From: Candidatus Methylomirabilis limnetica
GTDB taxonomy: Bacteria > Methylomirabilota > Methylomirabilia > Methylomirabilales > Methylomirabilaceae
NCBI RefSeq assembly: GCF_003044035.1
Contig: NZ_NVQC01000017.1
Span: 150,001-182,000, forward strand
Direction: 5' to 3'
Length of the DNA stretch: 32,000 nt
Position 1 is the stretch's first letter; the number at the start of each line of letters is the position of its first letter. Both the position numbers and the translations under genes were made by a program. The notes below the pieces were generated by a model. That model saw nothing but the letters and a program-made list of their open reading frames with translations. It searched no databases and had not been told where the DNA came from. This document shows, in pieces, positions 1-7,899 of this stretch.

Positions 1-1545
1 ACCGACGCCCGTCGCAAGCTCCAACATAGCATGTATATCAGCGGGCTCCAGGGCGAAGGTGGTGAACAGACAGGCGCCGGTCGAATCGACGAAAGCGGTG
101 ACGTCCTGGGATGCCTTGGACATTGCCGCCTTCCCTTCGATAGCGAACGGATCCACCTTCAGCGGAACGCCGAACACCTCAGCCGAGATGGTGTAGCCAC
201 GCAGGTGGCAGGCGCCTCGGTTAGAGGTGGCATACCCGAGCGCCATCCCCTGGGCGCCGCGGCCGTCGTACGCGGCAAATGCCTGCTTCTTCACCCCCAT
301 GAACAGCTCGGGATGGCCATACCGCTCGGCTACCCGCGCCCCGCCCAAGGCCAGGATTGCGCCAAACCCCTCTCCCCTCCCCAGCTTCTCCGTCATCTCC
401 ACCAGGGCGTCCGCATCGCCGAAACGAAGCGAGCGGCCGATCTCCCGCTCCGGGATGTAGCCCCGCTCGAACAGTTCCATGGCGGTAGCGATGGCCACCC
501 CCGCCTCGATGGTGTCCATCCCCAATTCATTACACAGGTAGCCCGCCTTGGTGACCGCCGCCAAGTCGCTGACACCGGTCATGGCGCCGAGGCCCCAGAC
601 GGTCTCGTATTCCGGCCCCTCACCCGATCCCTTGAACTTTCCAGCCTTGACCTCGGTCACCCGCGCGCAGGCAATGGTACACGCGAAGCAGCCCTTGTTC
701 CGAGTCAGGATCTCGTCACGGATGGTCTCGCCGCTGATCCGCTCGGCGCCGGCAAACTGGCCGAACTGGAAGTTGTTGGTCGGCATGAAGCCATGCGCGT
801 TGATAACGTTCACGATCCCTGGGGTACCGTACATCGGCAGCCCCGCTCCCGCTGCCGGGTCCCCCTTAAGCTTTGCTACGGCTGTCAGGCACGCCCCCAT
901 GAACGCCTGGGGCTGGGCGACCTTAACCGACTGGGTACCCCGGAAGACCACCGCCTTCAGGTTTTTCGATCCCATCACCGCGCCCACCCCGGAGCGACCC
1001 GCCGCGCGATGCTTGTCATTTATGATGCAGGCGGTCAGGCTCAGCTTCTCACCCGCAGGCCCGATGCTACAGATCTTGGCCTCGGCATTCGTGGCATTGT
1101 GAAGGATATCCTCGGTCTCGTGGGTGGACTTCCCCCAGACCTTGGCCGCTTCCCGGATTTCCACCTTATCATTATTGACCCAGAGATAAACCGGATGTGG
1201 CGCCTTCCCCTCCACAATCACCAGGTCGTAGCCGGCGTACTTCATCTCCGCCCCGACATATCCACCCGAGTTCGAACAGGCGATCGCGCCGGTAAGCGGC
1301 GACTTGGTCACCACCATGTACCGGCCGCCGGTCGGGGCGTTCGTGCCCGTGAGCGGGCCGGTGGCGAGGATCAGTTTGTTGGCCGGTCCGAGGGGATCGA
1401 GCCGTGGGTCGATCTCATCGTACAGGATCTTCGTCGCCAGGCCCCGACCGCCGATGTAGGCCCTGGCGAGCTGCGGGTTCAGCGGCTCCTTCGCCACGCT
1501 ACCGTTGCTCAGGTTGACCCTGAGGATCGTGCCTGTCCAGCCCAT
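1..1545 (-). CDS. aor: Aldehyde:ferredoxin oxidoreductase (tungstopterin AOR family), first ~515 codons; C-terminus lies beyond the left edge
   Basis: The minus-strand frame is open from ATG 1545 to position 1. It is absent from the ORF track because no stop lies in the window. My translation begins MGWTGTILRVNLSNGSVAKEPLNPQLARAYIGGRGLATKILYDEIDPRLDPLGPANKLILATGPLTGTNAPTGGR, the canonical AOR N-terminus. The ATG overlaps the upstream ferredoxin stop (TGATG). Confidence 0.85.
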   Translation of the reverse strand, partial: MGWTGTILRVNLSNGSVAKEPLNPQLARAYIGGRGLATKILYDEIDPRLDPLGPANKLILATGPLTGTNAPTGGRYMVVTKSPLTGAIACSNSGGYVGAEMKYAGYDLVIVEGKAPHPVYLWVNNDKVEIREAAKVWGKSTHETEDILHNATNAEAKICSIGPAGEKLSLTACIINDKHRAAGRSGVGAVMGSKNLKAVVFRGTQSVKVAQPQAFMGACLTAVAKLKGDPAAGAGLPMYGTPGIVNVINAHGFMPTNNFQFGQFAGAERISGETIRDEILTRNKGCFACTIACARVTEVKAGKFKGSGEGPEYETVWGLGAMTGVSDLAAVTKAGYLCNELGMDTIEAGVAIATAMELFERGYIPEREIGRSLRFGDADALVEMTEKLGRGEGFGAILALGGARVAERYGHPELFMGVKKQAFAAYDGRGAQGMALGYATSNRGACHLRGYTISAEVFGVPLKVDPFAIEGKAAMSKASQDVTAFVDSTGACLFTTFALEPADIHAMLELATGVG

Positions 1546-2036
1546 CAGCCTGCCATCTCCTTGTAGACCTCCTTCATCCGAAGGGCGGTGGCGGCCTGTT
1601 TGGCCTTGGGACCCGCGTCCTCATCGGTAAAGAGCAACGCCTTCGGCGTACAGAACTTCACGCACTCCGGATCGCCGTCGATAGAGAGGCAGAGATCGCA
1701 CTTCTCGGCCTTACCGTGGTCTGCATACAGCTCTATCGCCCCGAAAGGGCAGGCCAGGACGCACATCTTGCAGCCGACGCATTTGTTGTCGACGACGTAG
1801 TACGCCATGTAGTCGTCGTTGCGAAGGATGGCGGTGGTGGGGCAGATCTTCGCGCACCAGGCTTCACTGCATTGGGTGCAGGCGGTGGGGATGTAGACCG
1901 CCTCCTCAAGGAAGATGCTGACCTTGATGCGCGATCGGCTGGGGTTGAACTCGCCGTAGTGCTTCACCGAGCAGGCCAGCTCGCAGGCTCGACAGGCGGT
2001 ACACCGTTCGGGGATGATGCTGAGGACCTTCGCCAT
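1545..2036 (-). CDS. Multi-cluster 4Fe-4S ferredoxin-type electron-transfer protein (AOR partner)
   Basis: 163-aa track ORF with Cys clusters CTACRACELAC, CTQCSEAWCAKIC, CVGCKMCVLACP and CDLC...CVKFC. A GGAGG lies upstream of the ATG. The gene is translationally coupled to aor. Confidence 0.85.
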   Translation of the reverse strand: MAKVLSIIPERCTACRACELACSVKHYGEFNPSRSRIKVSIFLEEAVYIPTACTQCSEAWCAKICPTTAILRNDDYMAYYVVDNKCVGCKMCVLACPFGAIELYADHGKAEKCDLCLSIDGDPECVKFCTPKALLFTDEDAGPKAKQAATALRMKEVYKEMAG

Positions 2037-2075
2037 TCTAGCCTCCGTCTACTCTGAACGGATTGCAACTTCCTT

Positions 2076-2104
2076 CATCTACCCCACGTCGTCATCCCTG
2101 TCAA
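2076..2104 (-). promoter_or_regulatory. Possible sigma70-type promoter of the ferredoxin-aor operon
   Basis: On the minus strand: TTGACA (2104..2099), a 17-nt spacer, then TAGATG (2081..2076), about 40 nt upstream of the ferredoxin ATG. The -10 is weak and this is an eye match only. Confidence 0.2.
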
Positions 2105-2368
2105 GGGAATTCAGGGCGCGCGCAGTAAGGGCCAGGCACCGCGGTGGGGTCTTGAACCCGTAGTATCCGGAGTCGCGGGCGAGATAATGGTGTATCGTAA
2201 CTACAAGGTAGATAGACTGAAGGCTGAAGGCTGTTAGCCGTTGCGCATGGACCGAATCAAGGCGCCCAGAACCTTTTCGGATCATGAATATGTACAGGTT
2301 ATTTTTTGACGCTGCTTAAGTTGTAGGCCCTTAGTCGTTGATTTCGCGCACGCCACACCCCGCACCGT

Positions 2369-3175
2369 TCACGGTTTCTCTACCGTCACGATTCTGGTGG
2401 AACCGCACCGCAGAAACTTTCCCAGTGCCAAGTCGAGCGCCATCACGCGGCGGAAGAGGGCATTGAAGCGAGGGGCATCCTGCCTCCTGCGAAAAAGTAG
2501 CGATGGGGGGAACAGCATGGTCAGGATGTTCATGCTCCGGACATCAACAAGCCTGAGACCGTGTGCCTGCAGGAGGCGCGTAAGCTCTCGCCAGGTGAAG
2601 GTCTTAAACTGCATCTCTTTCCACTCCCGCAGGTGCCCGCCTCGAGTCGTCATGGCCTGCCACAGCTCCTTCGGGAGGTAGAGCAGGTCAGGACACCACT
2701 TCGAATCGACCTCGAACGAGATGAGGCCACTCGGTGCGCAGACGCGAACCATCTCTCGCAGCACCACATCAACCGCGGTGAAGTTGTGGCCGATGACATC
2801 GCCATAGGCGACCATGGCCTGGGCGCATCCATCTTCGAACGGTAGTTTCGTGATGTCGCCGGTCACAAGGCTGACGTTAGGCCGGCCATTGCATCGCCTG
2901 CGCGCCGCCTCGATCATCTGATCTGAAATATCGATCCCGACCACCCGCCCGGGCCGCGGTGCCAGCAGGACCGTCTGTTTCCCCGTCCCACACCCAAGGT
3001 CCAGCGCCATACCATCTGGCCTCTCGCGGACGATCCGTTCGACAGACTCCCTGTACACCTGGTAGCATTCGGCGAAATAAAACTGGTCCTCGATCTGGTC
3101 GTACTCCGCCAGCATGGCGTTATAGACAGCCGCCACATGGGAGCCGACATCATGCCGATTCGTCTGAGAGGTCAT
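2369..3175 (-). CDS. Class I SAM-dependent methyltransferase
   Basis: These are the last 268 codons of the 422-aa track ORF. I moved the start to ATG 3175 (MTSQTNRHDVGSHV...). The upstream part is an Arg/Pro/Gly-rich shadow that overlaps ald. SAM motif I is present (LDLGCGTGKQTVLLA), followed by VGIDISDQMIEAA. Confidence 0.8.
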   Translation of the reverse strand: MTSQTNRHDVGSHVAAVYNAMLAEYDQIEDQFYFAECYQVYRESVERIVRERPDGMALDLGCGTGKQTVLLAPRPGRVVGIDISDQMIEAARRRCNGRPNVSLVTGDITKLPFEDGCAQAMVAYGDVIGHNFTAVDVVLREMVRVCAPSGLISFEVDSKWCPDLLYLPKELWQAMTTRGGHLREWKEMQFKTFTWRELTRLLQAHGLRLVDVRSMNILTMLFPPSLLFRRRQDAPRFNALFRRVMALDLALGKFLRCGSTRIVTVEKP

Positions 3176-3198
3176 AGATAGGGGGCGATCGCCTCGCG

Positions 3199-4317
3199 CT
3201 AGCCCTTCGCCACTTGCAGGGGCGGCAGGTAGGCCAGGCCATGCGCTTCGGCAACAGCGGGATGGGTGACGTGGCCAAGGGCGACATTCAGTCCCAGCGA
3301 AAGCTCCGGGCACTCCAGAATGGCCCGGCGCCACCCACTGTCGGCGAGCCGGAGGACGTAGGGAAGGGTGACGTTGGTGAGGGCAAAGGTCGAGGTTCTG
3401 GCAAAGGCGCCAGGCATGTTGGCGACACAGTAGTGCAAGATACCATCCACTACATAGACAGGATCGCTGTGGGAAGTGGGGCGGCTGGTCTCGATGCAGC
3501 CACCCTGGTCGACGGCCACATCGACGATGACCGATCCCGGCTTCATGAGCGTGACCATCTCTCCGGTCACCAGCTTGGGGGCTCTGGCCCCAGAGACGTA
3601 GACGGCCCCGATCAGGATGTCGGCTCGCTTCACGCACTCCTCGATGCTCATCTGGTTTGAAATGAGGGTCGTCACATTCTCGGGAAGGATCTCGTCCAGG
3701 TAGCGCATGCGGGCCTGGTCCACGTCCAACAGATAGACCCAGGCGCCCATGCCCGCCGCCACCTTCGCCGCGTTGGCCCCGACGGTTCCGCCGCCAAGGA
3801 TCACCACGGTGGCGGGGGGGACCCCGGGCACTCCACCGATCAGCACACCCCGTCCGCCATGTGGGGTAGCCAGATAGTACGCCCCGATGTGGATAGCCAT
3901 CCGTCCAGCGATCTCGCTCATCGGCTCGAGCAGTGGCTTTCTGCCTTCCGGCGTCTCTACGGTCTCATAGGCCACGGCCACCACCCGCCGCGCAAGGAGC
4001 CGTTTGGTGAGTTCAGGCGTGGGGGCCAGATGCAGGAAGGTGAACAGCACCTGTCCTTCCCGGAGCATCTCGCACTCTGGAGGGCTAGGTTCCTTGACCT
4101 TGTAGATGAGATCAGCCTCACCATAGATCATGCTCGGATCGCCCACCAGCTCCGCCCCTGCCCTGGCGTAGGTCTCGTCCGGCAAGCCAGAGCCGACCCC
4201 GGCCCCTCGCTGAATCAGAACCCTGTGTCCATGCGCCCGCAGGGCCTGCACGCCGGCCGGTATGATCGCCACCCGGCTCTCAGCCTCTTTGATCTCTTTC
4301 GGGACCCCGATGACCAT
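3199..4317 (-). CDS. ald: Alanine dehydrogenase
   Basis: MVIGVPKEIKEAESRVAIIPAGV... is the canonical Ald N-terminus, so the start is set at ATG 4317 (the track ORF starts at 4374). A Rossmann motif is present (VVILGGGTVGANAAKVAAGMGA). The protein is full length at about 372 aa. Confidence 0.9.
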   Translation of the reverse strand: MVIGVPKEIKEAESRVAIIPAGVQALRAHGHRVLIQRGAGVGSGLPDETYARAGAELVGDPSMIYGEADLIYKVKEPSPPECEMLREGQVLFTFLHLAPTPELTKRLLARRVVAVAYETVETPEGRKPLLEPMSEIAGRMAIHIGAYYLATPHGGRGVLIGGVPGVPPATVVILGGGTVGANAAKVAAGMGAWVYLLDVDQARMRYLDEILPENVTTLISNQMSIEECVKRADILIGAVYVSGARAPKLVTGEMVTLMKPGSVIVDVAVDQGGCIETSRPTSHSDPVYVVDGILHYCVANMPGAFARTSTFALTNVTLPYVLRLADSGWRRAILECPELSLGLNVALGHVTHPAVAEAHGLAYLPPLQVAKG

Positions 4318-4395
4318 CGCTACCCCATTAGCAGACGGTGATGTGCTATGCATACAGTTACTAACTGTCTCCAAATAATAACTTTACGGTATCGA

Positions 4396-4470
4396 AAAAT
4401 CCCTCCTGACCTCCCTTTGCCAAAGGGAGGATGTACCCCTCTTTGGAAAAGAGGGGCGAGGGGAGATTTT
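4396..4470. repeat. Nested GC palindrome (family A, double-core copy)
   Basis: AAAATCCCTCC tga CCTCCCTTTgccAAAGGGAGG atgta CCCCTCTTTggAAAAGAGGGG cga GGGGAGATTTT. The outer arms enclose two inner hairpins. It lies in the gap between ald and the HAD gene. Confidence 0.7.
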
Positions 4471-4566
4471 CTTAATCGACGTCAATTCAATTTTGATACA
4501 GTTCATACATCTCGCCCTTGACGATGTCAAGGATCGATCCCGCACATGCGATCGCGCGCTTCCTGG

Positions 4567-5319
4567 TCAGCCCAGACAGAGCCTTTCCAGGAGGTCGAGG
4601 GTCAGATATTCCAGGCTCCGGACCACGAGCTCGGCGCCGGTGAAGTCCTGGCCGCGCGTATACTCATTATAGACCACGACACAGGGCAAACTGGCTCCCT
4701 TGGCCGCTTTGAAACCTTTCTCGGAGTCCTCGATGACCAGGACCTCCGACGCATCGCATCCGAGCATCGCAGCACACCGAGCATAGAGGGCCGAGTCCTT
4801 CTTGCCGGATTGTTGGCCGAAAATCGGGTCGAAGGCACCGAGCGCCTCGGGGATCTGCGCCTTCAGGAGCGCGAAGATCTGATCCTCATCAGTAACCGAC
4901 ACGATCGCCAGTCGAACACCGCGCAGGGTCGCCTCACGGATGATCCGGGCCACACCGGGGTAAAGCGATAGCTCACCAACCCGCTTCAGGTAGAATTCCT
5001 TCTTCAGCGCAAACAGCTCCGGCACAATCCGGTCGATCTCGGTCTCGGAGAGCGATGTCCGGGTCGAAAGCGCCAGCCGCATCCGCCGGGCATTACCAGG
5101 GATCTTCAGCAGCTCCTTGAACTCCTCCCAGCTCCAGCGAATGCCGAACCCCATCCGCGCGAACGCCTCGTTGCAGGCCACCAGATGCCCATTCCTCTCC
5201 GTATCGGCCAGCGTCCCATCCACGTCAAAGATAATCGCCTTGAGTGTCCCCATCTCTCCTACGCGTTCGTTGCGTGCGGCGTTCATTGCGTCAATTGTGT
5301 TCATTTGTGTGGCATTCAT
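4567..5319 (-). CDS. HAD-superfamily hydrolase (subfamily IA, CbbY/phosphatase-like)
   Basis: HAD motif I is present (IIFDVDGTLADTE), with LVIEDSEKGFKAAKGAS near the C-terminus. The start is uncertain: ATG 5319 (track) or ATG 5253 (MGTLKAIIFDVDG). The 22 extra codons are encoded by a 9-nt periodic repeat. Confidence 0.8.
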   Translation of the reverse strand: MNATQMNTIDAMNAARNERVGEMGTLKAIIFDVDGTLADTERNGHLVACNEAFARMGFGIRWSWEEFKELLKIPGNARRMRLALSTRTSLSETEIDRIVPELFALKKEFYLKRVGELSLYPGVARIIREATLRGVRLAIVSVTDEDQIFALLKAQIPEALGAFDPIFGQQSGKKDSALYARCAAMLGCDASEVLVIEDSEKGFKAAKGASLPCVVVYNEYTRGQDFTGAELVVRSLEYLTLDLLERLCLG

Positions 5320-5320
5320 G
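5263..5320. repeat. Degenerate 9-nt tandem periodicity (GCGTTCATT-like units)
   Basis: gcgttcgtt gcgtgcggc gttcattgc gtcaattgt gttcatttgt gtggcattc. It shares the GCGTTCATT core with the array at 29044-29079. Confidence 0.45.
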
Positions 5321-5327
5321 GATGCAG

Positions 5328-5356
5328 AGGATACGCCCCTGGGTAATCCGCGTCAA
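5328..5356 (-). promoter_or_regulatory. Candidate sigma70 promoter of the HAD gene (would give a near-leaderless mRNA)
   Basis: On the minus strand: TTGACG (5356..5351), a 17-nt spacer, then TATCCT (5333..5328). The predicted TSS falls within about 2 nt of ATG 5319. Confidence 0.3.
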
Positions 5357-5603
5357 CCCGATTAGGGCTTCGGGTCCCTTTTATCGGCAGCAATGTGTGA
5401 TAGGTCTTTAACATGACGTAGTCGAATGTGCTGCAGATTTATTCGATGGATGACTTCTCATTGATGTAGGATCTTCCGGGGCAAGTCCATGCGGTCCGGG
5501 TCGAGTTGGACGGGAGCGGAAGGGGAGGGTCCAGGAAATCCGGAAGGGTAAGTGCACTGCGCATCTGTCTACTACGGGGGTGTCGGAACCCGGAGCTAGC
5601 AGT

Positions 5604-5714
5604 TTATCCCCACCAGATTAACAGCTTTACAAGGTACTGCATCATGACCATGGAGACTGCAAGCAGGACTAACCCTAAGACTATACTGAGGCTGCGACGC
5701 GTTTCAAATTTCAT
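5604..5714 (-). CDS. 36-aa predicted single-pass membrane peptide
   Basis: MKFETRRSLSIVLGLVLLAVSMVMMQYLVKLLIWWG, with GAGGA 6 nt upstream of the ATG. It lies 47 nt downstream of the glutaredoxin-like gene on the same strand. It is below the ORF-track size cutoff. Confidence 0.35.
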   Translation of the reverse strand: MKFETRRSLSIVLGLVLLAVSMVMMQYLVKLLIWWG

Positions 5715-5760
5715 AGCTCTTCCTCACTTACGCCAACGACCGTTGGCGCCTCTAGACTGC

Positions 5761-5976
5761 TCAGGTCCCGCCAAACCCGATGGTCACTTTGCCCTTCTCG
5801 ATGATGACGGGAACCTCGCGCGAACCCTTCGAAACCTCCAACATCTGCGCCAGAGCCTTTGGGTCGTTCTTGACGTTGAGGTAGGTGAACGGGACGTTTC
5901 GCTTGGCGTACTCCTCCCGAGCCGCCGAGGTGTAGGGTCAGGTATCCTTTCCGTAAATGACGACCGCCGCCTCCAT
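5761..5976 (-). CDS. Glutaredoxin-like protein with in-frame TGA (candidate selenocysteine) in the redox motif
   Basis: From ATG 5976 (GGAGG 6 nt upstream) the frame reads MEAAVVIYGKDT[TGA 5940..5938]PYTSAAREEYAKRNVPFTYLNVKNDPKALAQMLEVSKGSREVPVIIEKGKVTIGFGGT*. This is a complete Grx/Trx-fold signature, and the TGA sits where the CPYC Cys normally is. Confidence 0.7.
5909..5934 (-). promoter_or_regulatory. Candidate SECIS hairpin for the glutaredoxin-like gene
   Basis: The mRNA segment UACACCUCGGCGGCUCGGGAGGAGUA starts 4 nt after the UGA. UAC/GUA and CCUC/GAGG pair around one A-A mismatch. The apical region GGCGGCUCGG is G-rich. Folded by eye only. Confidence 0.35.
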
Positions 5977-6017
5977 CTGCATCCTCCACTCTCTTCATTT
6001 CGTCTGATTTCTGCGTG

Positions 6018-6365
6018 TTAGACCCGCGTCATGGCCCGGTCAGCTTCTGTGGTCAACCGCTCGTATTCAAGCTTGATGTCGCGCATCTGCGGGTAGAGTT
6101 CCTGAATCTTCTCGTGGGGAAGCGGGATGGTCCGGCCCAGTTCAGTCAGCCGCTCCCCAACCAGCCGAGCCTGCCTGATGACCTCGAACGTCTTTCTGGC
6201 CGGCGGGGTCAGCGTCGCCACCTCCAGGAGGGCAAACATCCCGTCTTCATCTCGTGCCTGGTATAGCTCGTCCAACCGCTGCGCCTGGGTCTCGGTGGGG
6301 CCGCTTTCCCTCAGGGCATGCAGTACCTTCATCCGGTCGATTCGATAGCGAATATCGAGCATCAT
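6018..6365 (-). CDS. Hypothetical protein (115 aa, predicted helical)
   Basis: Track ORF with AAGGAGAG immediately upstream. The second ATG at 6362 has the better spacing. GC3-biased codons. It is the first gene of the operon with the Grx-like gene. I recognise no motif. Confidence 0.6.
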   Translation of the reverse strand: MMLDIRYRIDRMKVLHALRESGPTETQAQRLDELYQARDEDGMFALLEVATLTPPARKTFEVIRQARLVGERLTELGRTIPLPHEKIQELYPQMRDIKLEYERLTTEADRAMTRV

Positions 6366-6523
6366 CTCTCCTTATGCGTACGCTCTGATCATTTATCAGG
6401 TGTGATCTTACCACACCTTGCGCCTTGGCGCCAAAGCTTGAACGTACGGGGTCACTATCTCACCATGATTTGGTGTGTTACAATCACAAGCTAAGGCATG
6501 ATGAAGGAGGAAACGGACTCGGT

Positions 6524-7180
6524 ATGAAATTTCCATTTGTTACTGACCGACTGGCTGCGCAAGACATCCGAATGATCTTCCGCGTCGTGGCGGAGTTCGT
6601 TGATGGGCTGGAGACGCTCGCCACGATTCCGCCGGCCGTCTCTGTCTTCGGATCGACGCATACAGGACGAGATGATCCCGCCTACGCGATGGCAGAGCAG
6701 ATCGGCCGTTTGTTGGCTCAGCACGGGTATGCCGTCATCACCGGCGGTGGCCCTGGAGCCATGGAGGCGGCTAACAAAGGCGCCTACGAGGTGGGCGGCG
6801 TGTCGGTCGGCCTGAACATCGAGCTCCCCCAGCAGCAGGAACCTAACCGATACCTGACCAACCTTGTGAATTTCCAGCACTTCTTTGTCCGAAAGGTCAT
6901 GTTCGTGAAACACTCCATCGCTTTCGTCATCCTGCCGGGTGGCTATGGCACGCTGGACGAGATGTTCGAGTCGATCACGCTGATCCAGACTAGGAAGATC
7001 AAGCCGTTCCCAGTCATTCTGGTAGGCAATGACTACTGGCGAGGCTTACACGAGTGGCTCCGCGATCCCGTCATGAACGAAGGGAAGATCACGCCGAACG
7101 ACCTCGCAACGCTCAAGATTGCCCATAACCCTGAAGAGGTCATCCAACTCATCAAGGATTCTTCGACCTTCGGACTCTAA
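6524..7180 (+). CDS. LOG-family (TIGR00730-type) Rossmann protein, putative nucleotide 5'-monophosphate nucleosidase
   Basis: GGGPGAMEAANKGA and the PGGYGTLDE signature are present. The start is set to ATG 6524 (MKFPFVTDR), downstream of AAGGAGG. The track ORF starts at TTG 6425. Confidence 0.85.
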   Translation: MKFPFVTDRLAAQDIRMIFRVVAEFVDGLETLATIPPAVSVFGSTHTGRDDPAYAMAEQIGRLLAQHGYAVITGGGPGAMEAANKGAYEVGGVSVGLNIELPQQQEPNRYLTNLVNFQHFFVRKVMFVKHSIAFVILPGGYGTLDEMFESITLIQTRKIKPFPVILVGNDYWRGLHEWLRDPVMNEGKITPNDLATLKIAHNPEEVIQLIKDSSTFGL

Positions 7181-7237
7181 ACCACATAGCCCTCCCTTTT
7201 CATCAGCGTCCAGGCCGATATCCTACAGGATGGGAGT

Positions 7238-7897
7238 ATGATCACTAACAGGCAGATTGGTACTATGTTGCAGGCTGTTCGCCGAGCAATCTCCGTCTGG
7301 GAGCCCGCCGTCGTAGGCAAGATCGCCGAGGAGTCCCGCGACCCGTTTCGGGTCCTGATCTCTTGCATCCTGAGCCAACAGACCAAGGATCCCGTCACTG
7401 GTGAAGCCTCGGAGCGGCTGTATCGGCTTGCCGATCGGGCTGACACGATGCTCGCGATCAGTGAGCTGCAGATCGCTCGGGCAATCTACCCGGTCAGTTT
7501 CTACAAAACCAAGGCCCGAACCATCCAGGAGGTCTGCCGAGTCCTGCTAACCCAATTCAGTGGGCGCGTCCCCGATACCATCGAGGCGCTCCTCAGCCTC
7601 AATGGGGTTGGCCGGAAGACCGCTAACCTTGTCGTGACGGTTGGTTACAGAAAGCTGGGGATCTGCGTCGATACGCATGTCCATAGGATCTCGAATCGCT
7701 GGGGTTACGTCAGCACCAAAACCCCCGACCACACCGAGATGGCCCTCCGGCAGAAACTGCCAAAGCGGCACTGGATCTATTACAACGACCTGCTGGTCCC
7801 GTTCGGTCAGAACCTCTGCCGACCGATTTCTCCCTTTTGTAGTCGCTGTCCAATCGAACGCTGGTGCGCCAAGGTCGGCGTAGCGGTGCATCGCTAA
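7238..7897 (+). CDS. nth: Endonuclease III (HhH-GPD DNA glycosylase/AP lyase)
   Basis: The helix-hairpin-helix LNGVGRKTANLVV and VDTHVHRISNRWG are present. The C-terminal cluster ligands CRPISPFCSRCPIERWC follow the C-x6-C-x2-C-x5-C pattern. Confidence 0.9.
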   Translation: MITNRQIGTMLQAVRRAISVWEPAVVGKIAEESRDPFRVLISCILSQQTKDPVTGEASERLYRLADRADTMLAISELQIARAIYPVSFYKTKARTIQEVCRVLLTQFSGRVPDTIEALLSLNGVGRKTANLVVTVGYRKLGICVDTHVHRISNRWGYVSTKTPDHTEMALRQKLPKRHWIYYNDLLVPFGQNLCRPISPFCSRCPIERWCAKVGVAVHR

Positions 7898-7899
7898 GG

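Noticed and set aside
31-1566. 511-aa plus-strand ORF, the longest track ORF at the left edge
   Set aside because: It is low-complexity and Arg/Gly/Pro/His-rich with no recognisable motif. It lies exactly antisense to a textbook AOR reading frame, so it is a GC-rich shadow ORF. The same applies to the other long antisense ORFs, for example 13691-14407 (+), 11170-11904 (+), 23653-24396 (+) and 30682-31449 (+).
2079-2285. 68-aa minus ORF in the gap between the methyltransferase and the ferredoxin gene
   Set aside because: It has no SD and no motif, and it spans the probable promoter region, which includes a small CTGAAGG tandem duplication. I treat the region as non-coding.
3176-3637. N-terminal 154-codon extension of the methyltransferase ORF (track start 3637)
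   Set aside because: It overlaps the 3' part of ald in another frame and is Arg/Pro/Trp/Cys-rich nonsense. The methyltransferase fold begins right after ATG 3175.
5320-5603. Possible tRNA-Sec or other ncRNA in the 280-nt gap next to the selenoprotein candidate
   Set aside because: I found no anticodon-loop context with UCA flanked by a plausible stem, and no acceptor or T-arm pattern on either strand. The region is better explained as the HAD promoter plus the 3' UTR of the micro-operon.
5506-6021. 171-aa plus ORF and 95-aa minus ORF (5711-5998) covering the Grx locus
   Set aside because: Neither has a recognisable fold or an SD. The minus-strand frame with the single TGA gives a complete glutaredoxin fold with a well-spaced GGAGG.
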